Positions 1 through 9,736 are shown, counted from the stretch's first letter. The stretch: 44,657 bases of DNA from Acidimicrobiaceae bacterium (GCA_027335685.1 DAHWHN010000046.1:1-44657); one strand, 5' to 3'. The notes: generated by a model from the letters alone, not told the origin. Numbers and translations are program-made.

Positions 1-1
1 G

Positions 2-454
2 CGCCTCGGCGAGATGGGCACGAGGCTCGTGCTCGAGCTCTTGGCGCGCGGCCCGTACGGGCTCAAAGGTGCCGTCGCGCAGCGGGGCGAGGCCACCTAT
101 GCGTCCAAGCTCGCGGCATCCGAGCTCCAGCTCGACTGGTCGGCCAGCGCGCAGCACTGCCACCGGGTCGTCCGGGTCGGACGAGCCTGGACGACCTTTC
201 GCGGCAGGCGTCTCGTCGTCCGGCGCGCAGCGATGGCCCCACGGGCCGACGGCGGTCCTGACGGCACCGGGACCGCAGTGCCCGGGAGCCTCCATGGCCG
301 TCTGGTGACGACGGGTGACGGGCTTCTCGAGCTCCGAGAGGTCCAACCGGAGGGCCGAGCCCCGCTCGCTTTCGAGAGCTGGGCCCTCGGGGCGCGGCCC
401 GTGCCCGGGGAGCTACTCGGCCCGGTGCGCAGCGGCGGGGCCGGGCACGGGTAG
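2..454 (+). CDS. fmt: Methionyl-tRNA formyltransferase, C-terminal part (truncated by window start)
   Basis: Formyl_trans_C-like motifs ATYASKL..LDW, AWTTFRGRRL, LVTTGDGLLELREVQPEGR; frame is open to the window edge; fmt-rpe order is typical of Actinobacteria. Confidence 0.9.
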   Translation, partial: RLGEMGTRLVLELLARGPYGLKGAVAQRGEATYASKLAASELQLDWSASAQHCHRVVRVGRAWTTFRGRRLVVRRAAMAPRADGGPDGTGTAVPGSLHGRLVTTGDGLLELREVQPEGRAPLAFESWALGARPVPGELLGPVRSGGAGHG

Positions 455-463
455 CCTCCCCGC

Positions 464-1195
464 ATGCCCGCTCCACGCGAGGTGACGATCGCCCCCTCGA
501 TTCTTGCTGCCGACTTCGGGAACCTCGCCTCGGCGGCCGGCGAGGTGGCTTCCGCGACGAGCTGGCTGCACGTCGACGTGATGGACGGCCACTTCGTGCC
601 GAACATCTCGATCGGGCCACCCGTCATCGCGTCGTTGCGCCGCCACAGCGGGGCGTTCTTCGACTGCCATCTCATGATCTCCGAGCCGCTCCGCTACATC
701 GAGGCGTTTGCCCGCGCCGGGGCGAGCTCGGTGACTGCGCACGTGGAAGTGGGCCGGACGGCCGAGGTGATTGCGGCAGCCCGTTCCCTCGGGGTCGGTG
801 TCGGGCTCGCCTGCAATCCCGACACGGCCTTCGGCGAGGTCGAGCCGTTCCTTGCCGACATCGACCTGCTGCTCGTGATGTCGGTCTTCCCTGGCTTCGG
901 CGGGCAGTCCTTCATGGCGGAGGTTCTCCCGAAGCTCGCTGCGGCCCGGGCGGCGATCGACAGGCTCGCGCTCGACGTCGCGCTCGAAGTCGACGGCGGC
1001 ATCGACGAGCGGACCGCGCCGCTCGCTGCGCGCGCGGGAGCGCGCGTCCTCGTCGCGGGGAGCGCGGTGTTCGGCGACCCCCGGCCGTGGGACGCGGTCG
1101 AGCGCATCCGCAGGGCGGCCGAGGGCGGGCTGCCGGCAGGCTCGCCGGGTGCAGCAGGCTCGTCTGGCGCAGACGGGGCCGCTGGGCCACGATAG
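464..1195 (+). CDS. rpe: Ribulose-phosphate 3-epimerase
   Basis: IAPSILAADF, LHVDVMDGHFVPN, DCHLM, MSVFPGFGGQSF, EVDGGI, VAGSAVF. Confidence 0.97.
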   Translation: MPAPREVTIAPSILAADFGNLASAAGEVASATSWLHVDVMDGHFVPNISIGPPVIASLRRHSGAFFDCHLMISEPLRYIEAFARAGASSVTAHVEVGRTAEVIAAARSLGVGVGLACNPDTAFGEVEPFLADIDLLLVMSVFPGFGGQSFMAEVLPKLAAARAAIDRLALDVALEVDGGIDERTAPLAARAGARVLVAGSAVFGDPRPWDAVERIRRAAEGGLPAGSPGAAGSSGADGAAGPR

Positions 1196-1198
1196 GGG

Positions 1199-2074
1199 AT
1201 GCTCCGACTCGTCCTTCCGAAAGGCTCGCTCGAGCGTCCGACGCTCGAGCTGTTCGCCGCAGCCGACCTCGCCGTCCAACGGGGGTCCGACGTCGACTAC
1301 CGCGCGTCGGTCGACGACCCCCGCCTCGACGAGGTGCGGATCCTGCGCCCGCAGGAGATCCCCGTCTACGTCGCCGAAGGGATCTTCGACATCGGCGTGA
1401 CGGGACGCGACTGGATCGAGGAGACGGGTGCCGACGTCGTCTCGCTCGGCGTGCTGCCGTACTCGAAGGCGACGACGCGTCCGATCAAGGTCGTGCTTGC
1501 GGTCGACGACACGTCGCCGTGGAGCTCGCCGGCGGACCTCCCGGCGGGCGTGCGCGTCTCGACCGAGTACCCGAACCTGACGGCCCGCTACCTCGCCGGG
1601 CACGGCGTGCAGGCCGACGTCCGGCTCTCCCACGGGGCGACCGAGGCGAAGATCCCCGACATCGCCGACGCCGTCGTCGAGATCACCGAGACCGGCCGGG
1701 CGATCCGTGCGGCCGGCCTGCGGATCGTCGCGACGATCCTCGAGTCCTACACCGAGCTCGTCGCGAACCGTGACGCCGTCGCCGATCCCGCGAAGGCGCA
1801 CGCGATGCGCCAGATCATGAAGCTGCTCCAGGGGGCTCTCGAGGCGCGCGGCAACGTGCTCGTCAAGCTCAACGTCGCCGACGCGGACCTCGAGAAGGTC
1901 ATCGACGTCCTGCCCTCGATGCGCTCGCCGACGGTCGCGAAGCTCTTCGGCGACGGCGGCTACGCCGTCGAGACGGTCGTGGCGAAGTCGACGATCAACG
2001 TCTTGATCCCCGAGCTGAAAGACCGCGGAGCGACCGACATCCTCGAGATCGCGCTGCAGAAGATCGTCCACTGA
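1199..2074 (+). CDS. hisG: ATP phosphoribosyltransferase (long form with C-terminal regulatory domain)
   Basis: LPKGSL, LRPQEIP, DIGVTGRDW, TEYP, GATE, EITETGRAIRAAGL; 291 aa. Confidence 0.95.
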   Translation: MLRLVLPKGSLERPTLELFAAADLAVQRGSDVDYRASVDDPRLDEVRILRPQEIPVYVAEGIFDIGVTGRDWIEETGADVVSLGVLPYSKATTRPIKVVLAVDDTSPWSSPADLPAGVRVSTEYPNLTARYLAGHGVQADVRLSHGATEAKIPDIADAVVEITETGRAIRAAGLRIVATILESYTELVANRDAVADPAKAHAMRQIMKLLQGALEARGNVLVKLNVADADLEKVIDVLPSMRSPTVAKLFGDGGYAVETVVAKSTINVLIPELKDRGATDILEIALQKIVH

Positions 2075-2418
2075 TGGCGCGCGACGACGGCGCGGGGCCC
2101 GCGGATCCCGCCGGCCGGGCAGGGCTCGCCGGGCCAGCGCGAGCCGGCAGTGGCCCGTCCGGTCCGGCGAGGCTCGGACGTCTCGGCGGTCCCTGGTCCG
2201 GCCGCGTGGCCTGCTTCGACGACGCCGCGGGCCGCGGCATCGTCGAGGTGGCGAGCGGCGAGCGGTTTGGCTTCCACTGCACGTCCCTCGCCGACGGGAG
2301 CCGCCACGCCGAGCCGGGCGCGCAGGTCGTGTTCGGCTTGTGGCCCGGCAGCGGCGGCGAGATCGAGGCGGTCCGGATCGTGGACGCGCCCGCTGGGGCC
2401 TCCGGGGCGCAGCCCTAG
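2074..2418 (+). CDS. Small cold-shock/OB-fold-like protein
   Basis: GRVACFDDAAGRGIV...FGFHCTSLADGSR..PGAQVVF follows the CSD strand pattern; start coupled to the hisG stop (TGATG). Confidence 0.65.
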   Translation: MARDDGAGPADPAGRAGLAGPARAGSGPSGPARLGRLGGPWSGRVACFDDAAGRGIVEVASGERFGFHCTSLADGSRHAEPGAQVVFGLWPGSGGEIEAVRIVDAPAGASGAQP

Positions 2419-2888
2419 CTCTCGGCGCCCTCGCCCGTGTCGCCGGCACGGGCGACCCCGGCGATCTGGACGAACGCGAGCCGGATCTGGGCGAGCCCGT
2501 CGCGAAGCGCCGCCGCCGACTCCCCGAGGCGGTCGCCGAGCGTCTCGACGACAGCGCCGAGGGCGTCGATGGCCAGGCGGGCGTCGTCGAGACGCGGCGG
2601 GGACTGCCCGAGATGGAGCGCGCCGAGCTGGAACAGCCCGTAGCAGTGGTTCGCCACGACGTCGCGAGCCGGCGCGCTGGCGAGCTCCTTCTCGATCGCC
2701 GCGATCTCCTCGGCGAGCGCCTCGCGGTCCGGCGCGGCGCCCGGCTCGTCCGGGGGCGGAGCCGACACCGGCGGGCCGGTCGGCTCGGCTGGGCGGCGCG
2801 CGTGCGGCTCGGCGGCACCGCCCGGTGCAGCGACGCCGTCGCCTCGCGGCACGCGGTGCTCGCCCTCGGGTGTCCAAAGGCTGCTCAC
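2415..2888 (-). CDS. Conserved hypothetical protein (DUF1844-like), divergent from infC
   Basis: GTG start (VSSLWTPEGEH) 7 nt after TAGGAT; helical core LFQLGALHL...LDDARLAIDALGAVVETL...LRDGLAQIRLAFV; position opposite infC as in other Actinobacteria. Confidence 0.75.
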   Translation of the reverse strand: MSSLWTPEGEHRVPRGDGVAAPGGAAEPHARRPAEPTGPPVSAPPPDEPGAAPDREALAEEIAAIEKELASAPARDVVANHCYGLFQLGALHLGQSPPRLDDARLAIDALGAVVETLGDRLGESAAALRDGLAQIRLAFVQIAGVARAGDTGEGAES

Positions 2889-2891
2889 GGC

Positions 2892-2901
2892 TGATATCCT
2901 A
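2892..2901. promoter_or_regulatory. Overlapping bidirectional -10 elements
   Basis: + strand TGaTATCCT (extended -10, 2892-2900) facing infC; - strand TAGGAT (2901-2896) 7 nt before the GTG at 2888. Confidence 0.6.
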
Positions 2902-2906
2902 CGGCC

Positions 2907-3095
2907 AAAACGAATAGGGGAAAGCGGAGACGCGTCGTGGTGCGACTCCCACCCGGTCGCCTCGAGAGCTGCGCAAGGTCGCAGCGGGCAGAGCGCGCAC
3001 CGGGTACTCGGTGGTCGAGCCGTGAGGCGTCGCGTTCCCGTGCAGGCTGGCAAGGCGCTCGCCGGCGCGGTTCCCACCGAGAGGAGTGATGCCAG
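2907..3095 (+). promoter_or_regulatory. Structured infC-rpmI-rplT leader (L20-leader-like)
   Basis: AAGCGGAG...CTCCCACC (2922-2953); stems 2951-2957/2999-3005, 2968-2973/2980-2985 and 3007-3014/3074-3081, the last abutting SD GAGGAG. Confidence 0.5.
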
Positions 3096-3782
3096 ATCTC
3101 CACCGCCCCAACGCTCAACGAGCCCCGGATGAACGACCGGATCCGAGCTCGTGAGGTTCGCCTCGTCGACCCCGACGGCAACCAGCTCGGGATCAAGCTG
3201 CTTCCCGAGGCGTTGTCGATCGCACGCCAGATGGACCTCGATCTTGTCGAGGTGGCGCCGCTCGCGTCGCCTCCCGTCTGCCGGATCATGGACTACGGCA
3301 AGTTCAAGTTCGACGAGGCGCAGCGGGCCAAGGAGTCACGCCGGAAGGCGAGCAACGTCGGCATCAAGGAGATGAAGTACCGGCCGAAGATCGGCCAGGG
3401 AGACTTCGACACCAAGCCGCGCCAGGTGGCCCGGTTCCTCGGCGAGGGTCACAAGGTGAAGGTGACGATCATGTTCCGGGGCCGGGAGGTCTTCCACCCC
3501 GAGCTCGGCAAGAAGATCCTCGACCGTATCGCCGAGCAGGTCGACGGGACGGCAAAGGTGGAGTCGGAGCCCCGGCTCGACGGTCGCAACATGGTGATGG
3601 TGCTCGCGCCCGACAAGCGCGCCCGCCAGTCGCAGGCGGCCCGCGTGGCGCCCGGCGACGAGCACGGCGCGCCCGGTGCGGCGAGCGCCGCGAACGGCGA
3701 GACGCCGGCTCCAGGTGGAGCCGGGCAGGATGGCGGCGCGCACGGCGCGCCCGATGAGTCGGACACGACGAAGGAAGGCTGA
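3096..3782 (+). CDS. infC: Translation initiation factor IF-3 (probable ATC start; first ATG at 3129)
   Basis: [46 protein letters not shown]; SD GAGGAG at 3081-3086, in-frame TGA at 3087, in-frame ATC at 3096. Confidence 0.95.
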   Translation: MSTAPTLNEPRMNDRIRAREVRLVDPDGNQLGIKLLPEALSIARQMDLDLVEVAPLASPPVCRIMDYGKFKFDEAQRAKESRRKASNVGIKEMKYRPKIGQGDFDTKPRQVARFLGEGHKVKVTIMFRGREVFHPELGKKILDRIAEQVDGTAKVESEPRLDGRNMVMVLAPDKRARQSQAARVAPGDEHGAPGAASAANGETPAPGGAGQDGGAHGAPDESDTTKEG

Positions 3783-3786
3783 GACG

Positions 3787-3981
3787 ATGCCGAAGATGAA
3801 GACGGACCGCGGTGCCGCCGCGCGGTTCCGGGTGACCGGGAGCGGGAAGATCATGCGCCGCCAGGCGAACCGCGGCCACCTGCTCGAGAAGAAGTCCTCG
3901 GTGCGCACGCGCCGGCTCGGTCGGTCGGTCGAGGTGTCGAGCGGCGACCGCCGCCAGGTCAAGCGCCTGCTCGGCATCTAG
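3787..3981 (+). CDS. rpmI: 50S ribosomal protein L35
   Basis: [24 protein letters not shown]...HLLEKKSS; 64 aa. Confidence 0.97.
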   Translation: MPKMKTDRGAAARFRVTGSGKIMRRQANRGHLLEKKSSVRTRRLGRSVEVSSGDRRQVKRLLGI

Positions 3982-3992
3982 CTCGCAGCGAC

Positions 3993-4040
3993 AGCGGCCA
4001 CCCGCGGGTGGCCGCTCGGCGCCGGCTCGATCCCGGCGCC
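3993..4040. repeat. Two adjacent inverted repeats between rpmI and rplT
   Basis: Perfect 24-bp palindrome AGCGGCCACCCGCGGGTGGCCGCT (3993-4016), then GGCGCCGG-N7-CCGGCGCC (4018-4040). Confidence 0.75.
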
Positions 4041-4101
4041 CTGCCAGGTGGCGCGAGCCCCTGGCGCGCAGCCACGTCAGACCACGTCGAAAGGAGCACC
4101 C

Positions 4102-4566
4102 ATGGCCAGGGTCAAGCGCGCCGTCCATGGCAAGAAGCATCGTCGGGCAGTACTCGAACGTGCCAAGGGCTACTACGGGAACAAGTCCCGCTCGTACCGG
4201 GCGGCCAACGAGCAGGTCATGCACTCGCTCCAGTACGCCTACCGTGACAGGCGGGCGCGCAAGGGCGACTTCCGCAAGCTGTGGATCCAGCGGATCAACG
4301 CCGCGGCGCGCCTCGAGGGGATGAGCTACTCGCGGCTCATCGCGGGCCTGCACCGTGCCGGGGTGACCGTCGACCGCAAGAACCTCGCCGACATCGCCGT
4401 GCGTGACCCGCAGTCCTTCGGGCGCATCGTCGCGATCGCACGCGACGCGCTCGGTGACGACGTCGCAGGTGACGACGAGGTCGCGGCGGCCGAGGCGGCT
4501 GCGGACGCGGCCGACGACGCCGTCGTCGTCGAGGAGAGCGACGAGTCGGCGGAGGTCGCCTCCTGA
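4102..4566 (+). CDS. rplT: 50S ribosomal protein L20 with acidic C-terminal tail
   Basis: [48 protein letters not shown]; SD AAGGAG. Confidence 0.97.
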   Translation: MARVKRAVHGKKHRRAVLERAKGYYGNKSRSYRAANEQVMHSLQYAYRDRRARKGDFRKLWIQRINAAARLEGMSYSRLIAGLHRAGVTVDRKNLADIAVRDPQSFGRIVAIARDALGDDVAGDDEVAAAEAAADAADDAVVVEESDESAEVAS

Positions 4567-5432
4567 CCGACGAGGCCCTCGGACCGCGGCACCAGCGGGT
4601 GCAGCGGCTCCGCAGGCTGCTGCGCCAGCGCAGCGCGCGGCGGGCGGACGGTGCCTTCGTCGTCGAGGGCGTGAAGGTCCTCGCCGCAGCGCTCGACGCG
4701 GGGGCTCCGGTCGAGGCCGTCTACTACGGACCCGAGGCGCTGCGCGCCGCGGTCGCCGTGGCGTTCCTCGAGCGGGCCCGCGCGTCGGGCCTGCGGGTGT
4801 TCGCCCTCCAGGCCGGCGTCGTCGAGCGGGTCGCGGACACGACGACGCCCCAGCCTGTGCTCGCCGTCGTCGGCAGGGTCGACGTCGAGCTCGAGCCGCT
4901 CCTCGATCCAGCCCCGGCCGACTACCCGGCGCCCGTCGTCGTCTGTGTCGACGTCCGGGACCCGGGCAACCTCGGCTCGATCGTCCGCAGCGCGGACGCC
5001 TCGGGTGCGGCGGCCGTCGTCTGTTGCGACGGCAGCGCGGACCTCTACAACCCGAAGACCGTGCGCGCCTCGGCCGGGTCGCTGTTCCACGTCCCGCTCG
5101 TGGCCGAGCGCACCGCCGCGGAGGTCCTCACGGCCCTCGGGCGCGCGCGCTATCTCCGTGTCGGCACGGCAGCGCGCGACGGTGCCGACTACGCCGCCGC
5201 CGAGCTCGGCGGGCGGGTCGCGCTCGTGCTCGGGAACGAAGGGCACGGTCTCGACGACGCCCTGACGCCGTCGATCGACGCGTTCGTCTCGATCCCGATG
5301 GCCGGCCGGGCCGAGTCGCTCAACGTCGCGATGGCGGCGACGGTCCTGTGCTTCGAGCTGGCCCGCCGCCGGCGCCTCCGCGGCACCGATACGGCGCCCC
5401 GCGTGCCGCTCGCGGACCTGCGCCTACGATGA
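4563..5432 (+). CDS. TrmH/SpoU (TsnR-like) RNA 2'-O-methyltransferase (probable CTG start; first GTG at 4599)
   Basis: [50 protein letters not shown]; lies between rplT and pheS. Confidence 0.92.
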   Translation: MTDEALGPRHQRVQRLRRLLRQRSARRADGAFVVEGVKVLAAALDAGAPVEAVYYGPEALRAAVAVAFLERARASGLRVFALQAGVVERVADTTTPQPVLAVVGRVDVELEPLLDPAPADYPAPVVVCVDVRDPGNLGSIVRSADASGAAAVVCCDGSADLYNPKTVRASAGSLFHVPLVAERTAAEVLTALGRARYLRVGTAARDGADYAAAELGGRVALVLGNEGHGLDDALTPSIDAFVSIPMAGRAESLNVAMAATVLCFELARRRRLRGTDTAPRVPLADLRLR

Positions 5433-5437
5433 GCGCG

Positions 5438-6490
5438 ATGGAGCACGTCGCAGCCCCGGACCCGTCTCAGGTCGAGGCGTTCGCCCTGGAGGCGGAGCGT
5501 CGCGTTGTGGCGGCAGCGGACCTCGAGTCGCTCGAGTCCGTCGCGGCAGAGCTGTCGGGCAAGCGCTCGCCGTTCGTGGCCTGGAAGCGCTCGCTCGCCA
5601 CCGTCGACCACGAGGGTCGCCGCGCGCTCGGCCAGGTGCTGAACGGCGCCCTCGCCCGCGTCTCGGCGGCCGTCGAGAGCCGGCGGGCGATCCTCGAGCG
5701 AGCCGCGCGCGACGAGCTCGTCGCGGCCGACCGCCTCGACCTGACCGAGGTCGTGCCGGCCCCGGGAGCGGGCCACCTCCACCTCGTCACCCAGGTGAGC
5801 GAGGAGCTCGAGGACGTCTTCGTCGGGATGGGCTACGAGATCGCGGACGGTCCCGAGGCCGAGACCGAGTGGTACAACTTCACGGCCCTCAACGTGCCTC
5901 GCGACCATCCGGCGCGCAGCATGCAGGACAGCTTCTACCTCGCCGCGGGCGACCGGGAGTCGTACCTGCTGCGGACCCAGACGTCGCCGGTCCAGGTCCG
6001 CCTCCTCGAGCGAGGCGTGCTGCCGCTCTACGCGGTCGCCCCCGGGCGCGTCTACCGGCGCGACACCGCGGACGCGCGCCACCTCCCCGTGTTCCACCAG
6101 ATCGAGGGGATCGTCGTCGACCGCAACGTGACCTTCGGCGACCTCGCGGGCACGATCGACACCTTCGTCACGGCCATCTTCGGCACCGGGATCGAGTCCC
6201 GCCTGCGCCCGGCCTACTTCCCGTTCACCGAGCCGTCCGCGGAGTTCGAGGTCACCTGCACGATCTGCCGGGGTGCCGGCTGCCGCACGTGCAGCCAGAC
6301 GGGTTGGATCGAGCTCGGGGGCTGCGGGCTCGTGCACCCTGCGGTGCTCGAGGCGAGCGGCGTCGACCCCGAGCAGTGGAGCGGCTTCGCGTTCGGCTTC
6401 GGCATCGACCGGTTGGCGATCATGCGGCACGAGATCGAGGACATCCGCAGCTTCGTCGAGAACGACGTCCGCTTCCTCGCGCAGTTCTGA
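5438..6490 (+). CDS. pheS: Phenylalanine--tRNA ligase alpha subunit
   Basis: NFTALN..DHPARSMQDSFY, LRTQTSPVQ, PGRVYR, FHQIEG, YFPFTEPS, GFAFGFGIDRL; ATG 5438 sits 7 nt after TACGAT (alternative ATG at 5429). Confidence 0.97.
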   Translation: MEHVAAPDPSQVEAFALEAERRVVAAADLESLESVAAELSGKRSPFVAWKRSLATVDHEGRRALGQVLNGALARVSAAVESRRAILERAARDELVAADRLDLTEVVPAPGAGHLHLVTQVSEELEDVFVGMGYEIADGPEAETEWYNFTALNVPRDHPARSMQDSFYLAAGDRESYLLRTQTSPVQVRLLERGVLPLYAVAPGRVYRRDTADARHLPVFHQIEGIVVDRNVTFGDLAGTIDTFVTAIFGTGIESRLRPAYFPFTEPSAEFEVTCTICRGAGCRTCSQTGWIELGGCGLVHPAVLEASGVDPEQWSGFAFGFGIDRLAIMRHEIEDIRSFVENDVRFLAQF

Positions 6491-6555
6491 GCGTCGTCTG
6501 TCGGTCCCGCTGACGGTCGGCCAGCCGGCCTCCACATCTACAAGGAAGGGGTGAC

Positions 6556-9147
6556 GTGCGCGTCCCGCTGTCGTGGTTGCAGGATTTCGTACCGGTCCCG
6601 ACGTCGCCGCGGGACGCCGACGCCGTGCGGGAGCTCGGTCGGGTCCTCGACTCGCTCGGCCTCGTCGTCGAGTCCGTCGAGCACGTCGGGGGTGGCCTCG
6701 ACGGCGTCGTGCTCGCCCGTGTGCTCGAGATCCGCCCGATCCCCGGTGCCGAGCGCATCCGCCAGGTCGTCGTCGACGCCGGGGGAGCCGACCCGCAGGA
6801 GATCGTCTGCGGTGCGACGAACTTCGCGGTCGGCGACGTCGTGCCGCTCGCCCGCGTCGGCGCGGAGCTGCCCGGCGGGTTCGTCATCTCCCGGCGCACG
6901 CTGCGCGGGGTCGTGTCCGACGGCATGCTCTGCTCGGCGCGCGAGCTCGGCCTCGGCGGCGACGGCGCGGGCCTTCTCGTGCTCGCCGCGACGGGCTCGC
7001 CGGAGGGGCCCCTGCCCGCCGGCGTCGAGACCGGGATGGCTCTCGCGGACCACCTCGGGATCGTGCCCGACGCGGTGTTCGACATCGCCGTCGAGCCGAA
7101 CCGGCCCGACTGCCTGAGCGTTGCCGGGATCGCCCGGGACCTCGCCGCGCGCCTGCGCCTGCCGTTCGCCGTTGAGGTGCCGGCAGTCGCGCGCTCCGGG
7201 CAGGGCGCAGGCGAGCTCGCGTCGGTGAGGATTGGCGCGCCAGAGGCCTGCCAGCACCTTCTCGGCCGGGTCGTGAGCGGGCTCGTGCCGATGTCGTCGC
7301 CGCCCGAGGTCGCACGCCGGCTCTTGCTCGCCGGGATGCGCCCGATCGGCGCGGTCGTCGACGCGTCGAACTACGTGATGCTCGAGCTCGGCCAGCCGAG
7401 CCATCCCTACGACCTCGACGCGCTCGGCGCGCACGGGCTCTCGGTCCGCTTCGCGCGCCCGGGCGAGCAGCTCGTCACCCTCGACGGCACGGCGAGGGTG
7501 CTCGGGCGCCACACGGACGTGCTCGGACGGACGGCGGACGTGGACGACCTGGTCGTCTGCGACGCGACCGACGCCGTCGTCGGCCTCGCAGGCATCATGG
7601 GCGGAGCCGTGACCGAGGTCGGCGAGGCGACGACGAGGGTCTTGCTCGAGGTCGCCCAGTTCGACCCGGTCGTCGTCGCCCGGACGGCGAAGCGCCAGGG
7701 GCTGCGGACCGAGGCCTCCGCGCGCTTCGAGCGCGGCGTGGACCCGGACGGGTTGGCCCGGGCCGCGGACCGCGTCTGCGCCCTCGTCGCCGAGGCGGCC
7801 CGGCTCCAGGGCGCGCCGTCCCCGGTCGTGGCGCCCGACGACGTCGACGACCACCCGGTGCTCACGCCACGGCGCCACGTGCGCGTCCGCGTCGGGCGCG
7901 TGAACGCCCTGCTCGGTACGTCGCTCTCGACCGGCGACGTCGTCGGCCTGCTCGCGCCGATCGGCTTCGTCGCCACTGCCGAGCCCGACGCGGGCGGCGG
8001 GAACCCGGCCGGCGACGGCGCGGCCGGCGTGCTCGACGTCGTCGTCCCGTCCTACCGACCTGACACCCTTCGTGAAGTCGACGTCGTCGAGGAGGTGGCC
8101 CGCCACGTCGGCTACGAGACGATCACGCCGACGACGCGCCGGTCGCCGTTCGTCGGCAGGCTCGGCGCGCGCAGCACGAGCAGGCGGCGGCTCCGGCGCG
8201 TCCTCGCGGGCCTCGGAGCCCACGAGGCGTGGACGAGCTCGATCGTCGACCCGTCGTCGCTCGCGCGCGCCGGGACCGCGCATCCGGTGGTCGAGATCGC
8301 GAACCCGATGGTCCGCGAGGAGTCCGTGCTGCGCGCCCACCTGCTTCCCGGGCTGCTCGGCTCGCTGCGCCACAACGTCGCGCACCGCAACCCGGCCGTG
8401 CGGATGTTCGAGATCGGGCATGTCTTCTCGCCGTCGGCCGACGACGGCCTGCCCGTCGAGAGGGAGCACGCGGGCGTGCTCTTCGCTGGCCCGGGAGACG
8501 ACGCGGCCAGCGCCGTGCACGGGTTCGAGGTCGTCGTCGAGCAGATGGGCAAGGCGCGCGGCGCCCTCGTGCTCGACCAGCACGTCGGGGCTTCCGAGCC
8601 GGTGCTCGCCCTCGGGACGCACCCGAGCCGGCGCGCCCTTCTGCGTGCGAGCGCCGACCGGGCGGGAGCCGTCGGCTCGTCCCTCGTCGACGTGGCGACA
8701 GCCGGCACCACCGGCACGGTCGTCGGCGTCGTCGGCGAGGTCGACCCGCGCGTGCTCGAGGCCTACGGGATCCCGGGCGACCGCCGGGTCGGCTGGCTCG
8801 TGCTCGACCTCGACGCGTTCGACGACCTGCCGGAGCTCGATCGCCGTGCTCGGCCGGTGAGTCGGTTCCCCTCGAGCGACGTCGACCTGTCGTTCCTGCT
8901 CGACGCCGCGGTCGCCGCGTCCGAGCTCGAAGAGGTGCTGCGCGCGAGCGGAGGGGCGCTGCTCGAGTCCGTGCGGCTCCTCGAGGCGTACCGCGGGCCG
9001 GGCATTGGCGCGGACCGCAGGAGCCTCACCTACCGGCTCCGCTTCTGCGCGCTCGACCGGACGCTCACCGACGCCGACCTCGCCGATCTACGCGCCAGGT
9101 GCATCGCGGCGGCACAGGCGGCACTGCCCGCCACGCTGCGCGCCTGA
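6556..9147 (+). CDS. pheT: Phenylalanine--tRNA ligase beta subunit
   Basis: MRVPLSWL, IVCGATN, GVVSDGMLCSARELG, PNRPDCLS, SARFERGVD, PSYRPD, C-terminal FDX-ACB (DLSF...SLTYRLRF..RTLTD). Confidence 0.97.
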   Translation: MRVPLSWLQDFVPVPTSPRDADAVRELGRVLDSLGLVVESVEHVGGGLDGVVLARVLEIRPIPGAERIRQVVVDAGGADPQEIVCGATNFAVGDVVPLARVGAELPGGFVISRRTLRGVVSDGMLCSARELGLGGDGAGLLVLAATGSPEGPLPAGVETGMALADHLGIVPDAVFDIAVEPNRPDCLSVAGIARDLAARLRLPFAVEVPAVARSGQGAGELASVRIGAPEACQHLLGRVVSGLVPMSSPPEVARRLLLAGMRPIGAVVDASNYVMLELGQPSHPYDLDALGAHGLSVRFARPGEQLVTLDGTARVLGRHTDVLGRTADVDDLVVCDATDAVVGLAGIMGGAVTEVGEATTRVLLEVAQFDPVVVARTAKRQGLRTEASARFERGVDPDGLARAADRVCALVAEAARLQGAPSPVVAPDDVDDHPVLTPRRHVRVRVGRVNALLGTSLSTGDVVGLLAPIGFVATAEPDAGGGNPAGDGAAGVLDVVVPSYRPDTLREVDVVEEVARHVGYETITPTTRRSPFVGRLGARSTSRRRLRRVLAGLGAHEAWTSSIVDPSSLARAGTAHPVVEIANPMVREESVLRAHLLPGLLGSLRHNVAHRNPAVRMFEIGHVFSPSADDGLPVEREHAGVLFAGPGDDAASAVHGFEVVVEQMGKARGALVLDQHVGASEPVLALGTHPSRRALLRASADRAGAVGSSLVDVATAGTTGTVVGVVGEVDPRVLEAYGIPGDRRVGWLVLDLDAFDDLPELDRRARPVSRFPSSDVDLSFLLDAAVAASELEEVLRASGGALLESVRLLEAYRGPGIGADRRSLTYRLRFCALDRTLTDADLADLRARCIAAAQAALPATLRA

Positions 9148-9148
9148 C

Positions 9149-9736
<588 letters not shown>

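Noticed and set aside
4403-5437. Long N-terminal extension of PheS; similar cases for Pgk (36726), the methyltransferase (31924) and the SGNH hydrolase (12338)
   Set aside because: These are Arg/Pro-rich out-of-frame readings of upstream genes, not fusions.
5380-5437. T-box riboswitch before pheS
   Set aside because: There is no intergenic space; pheS appears leaderless.
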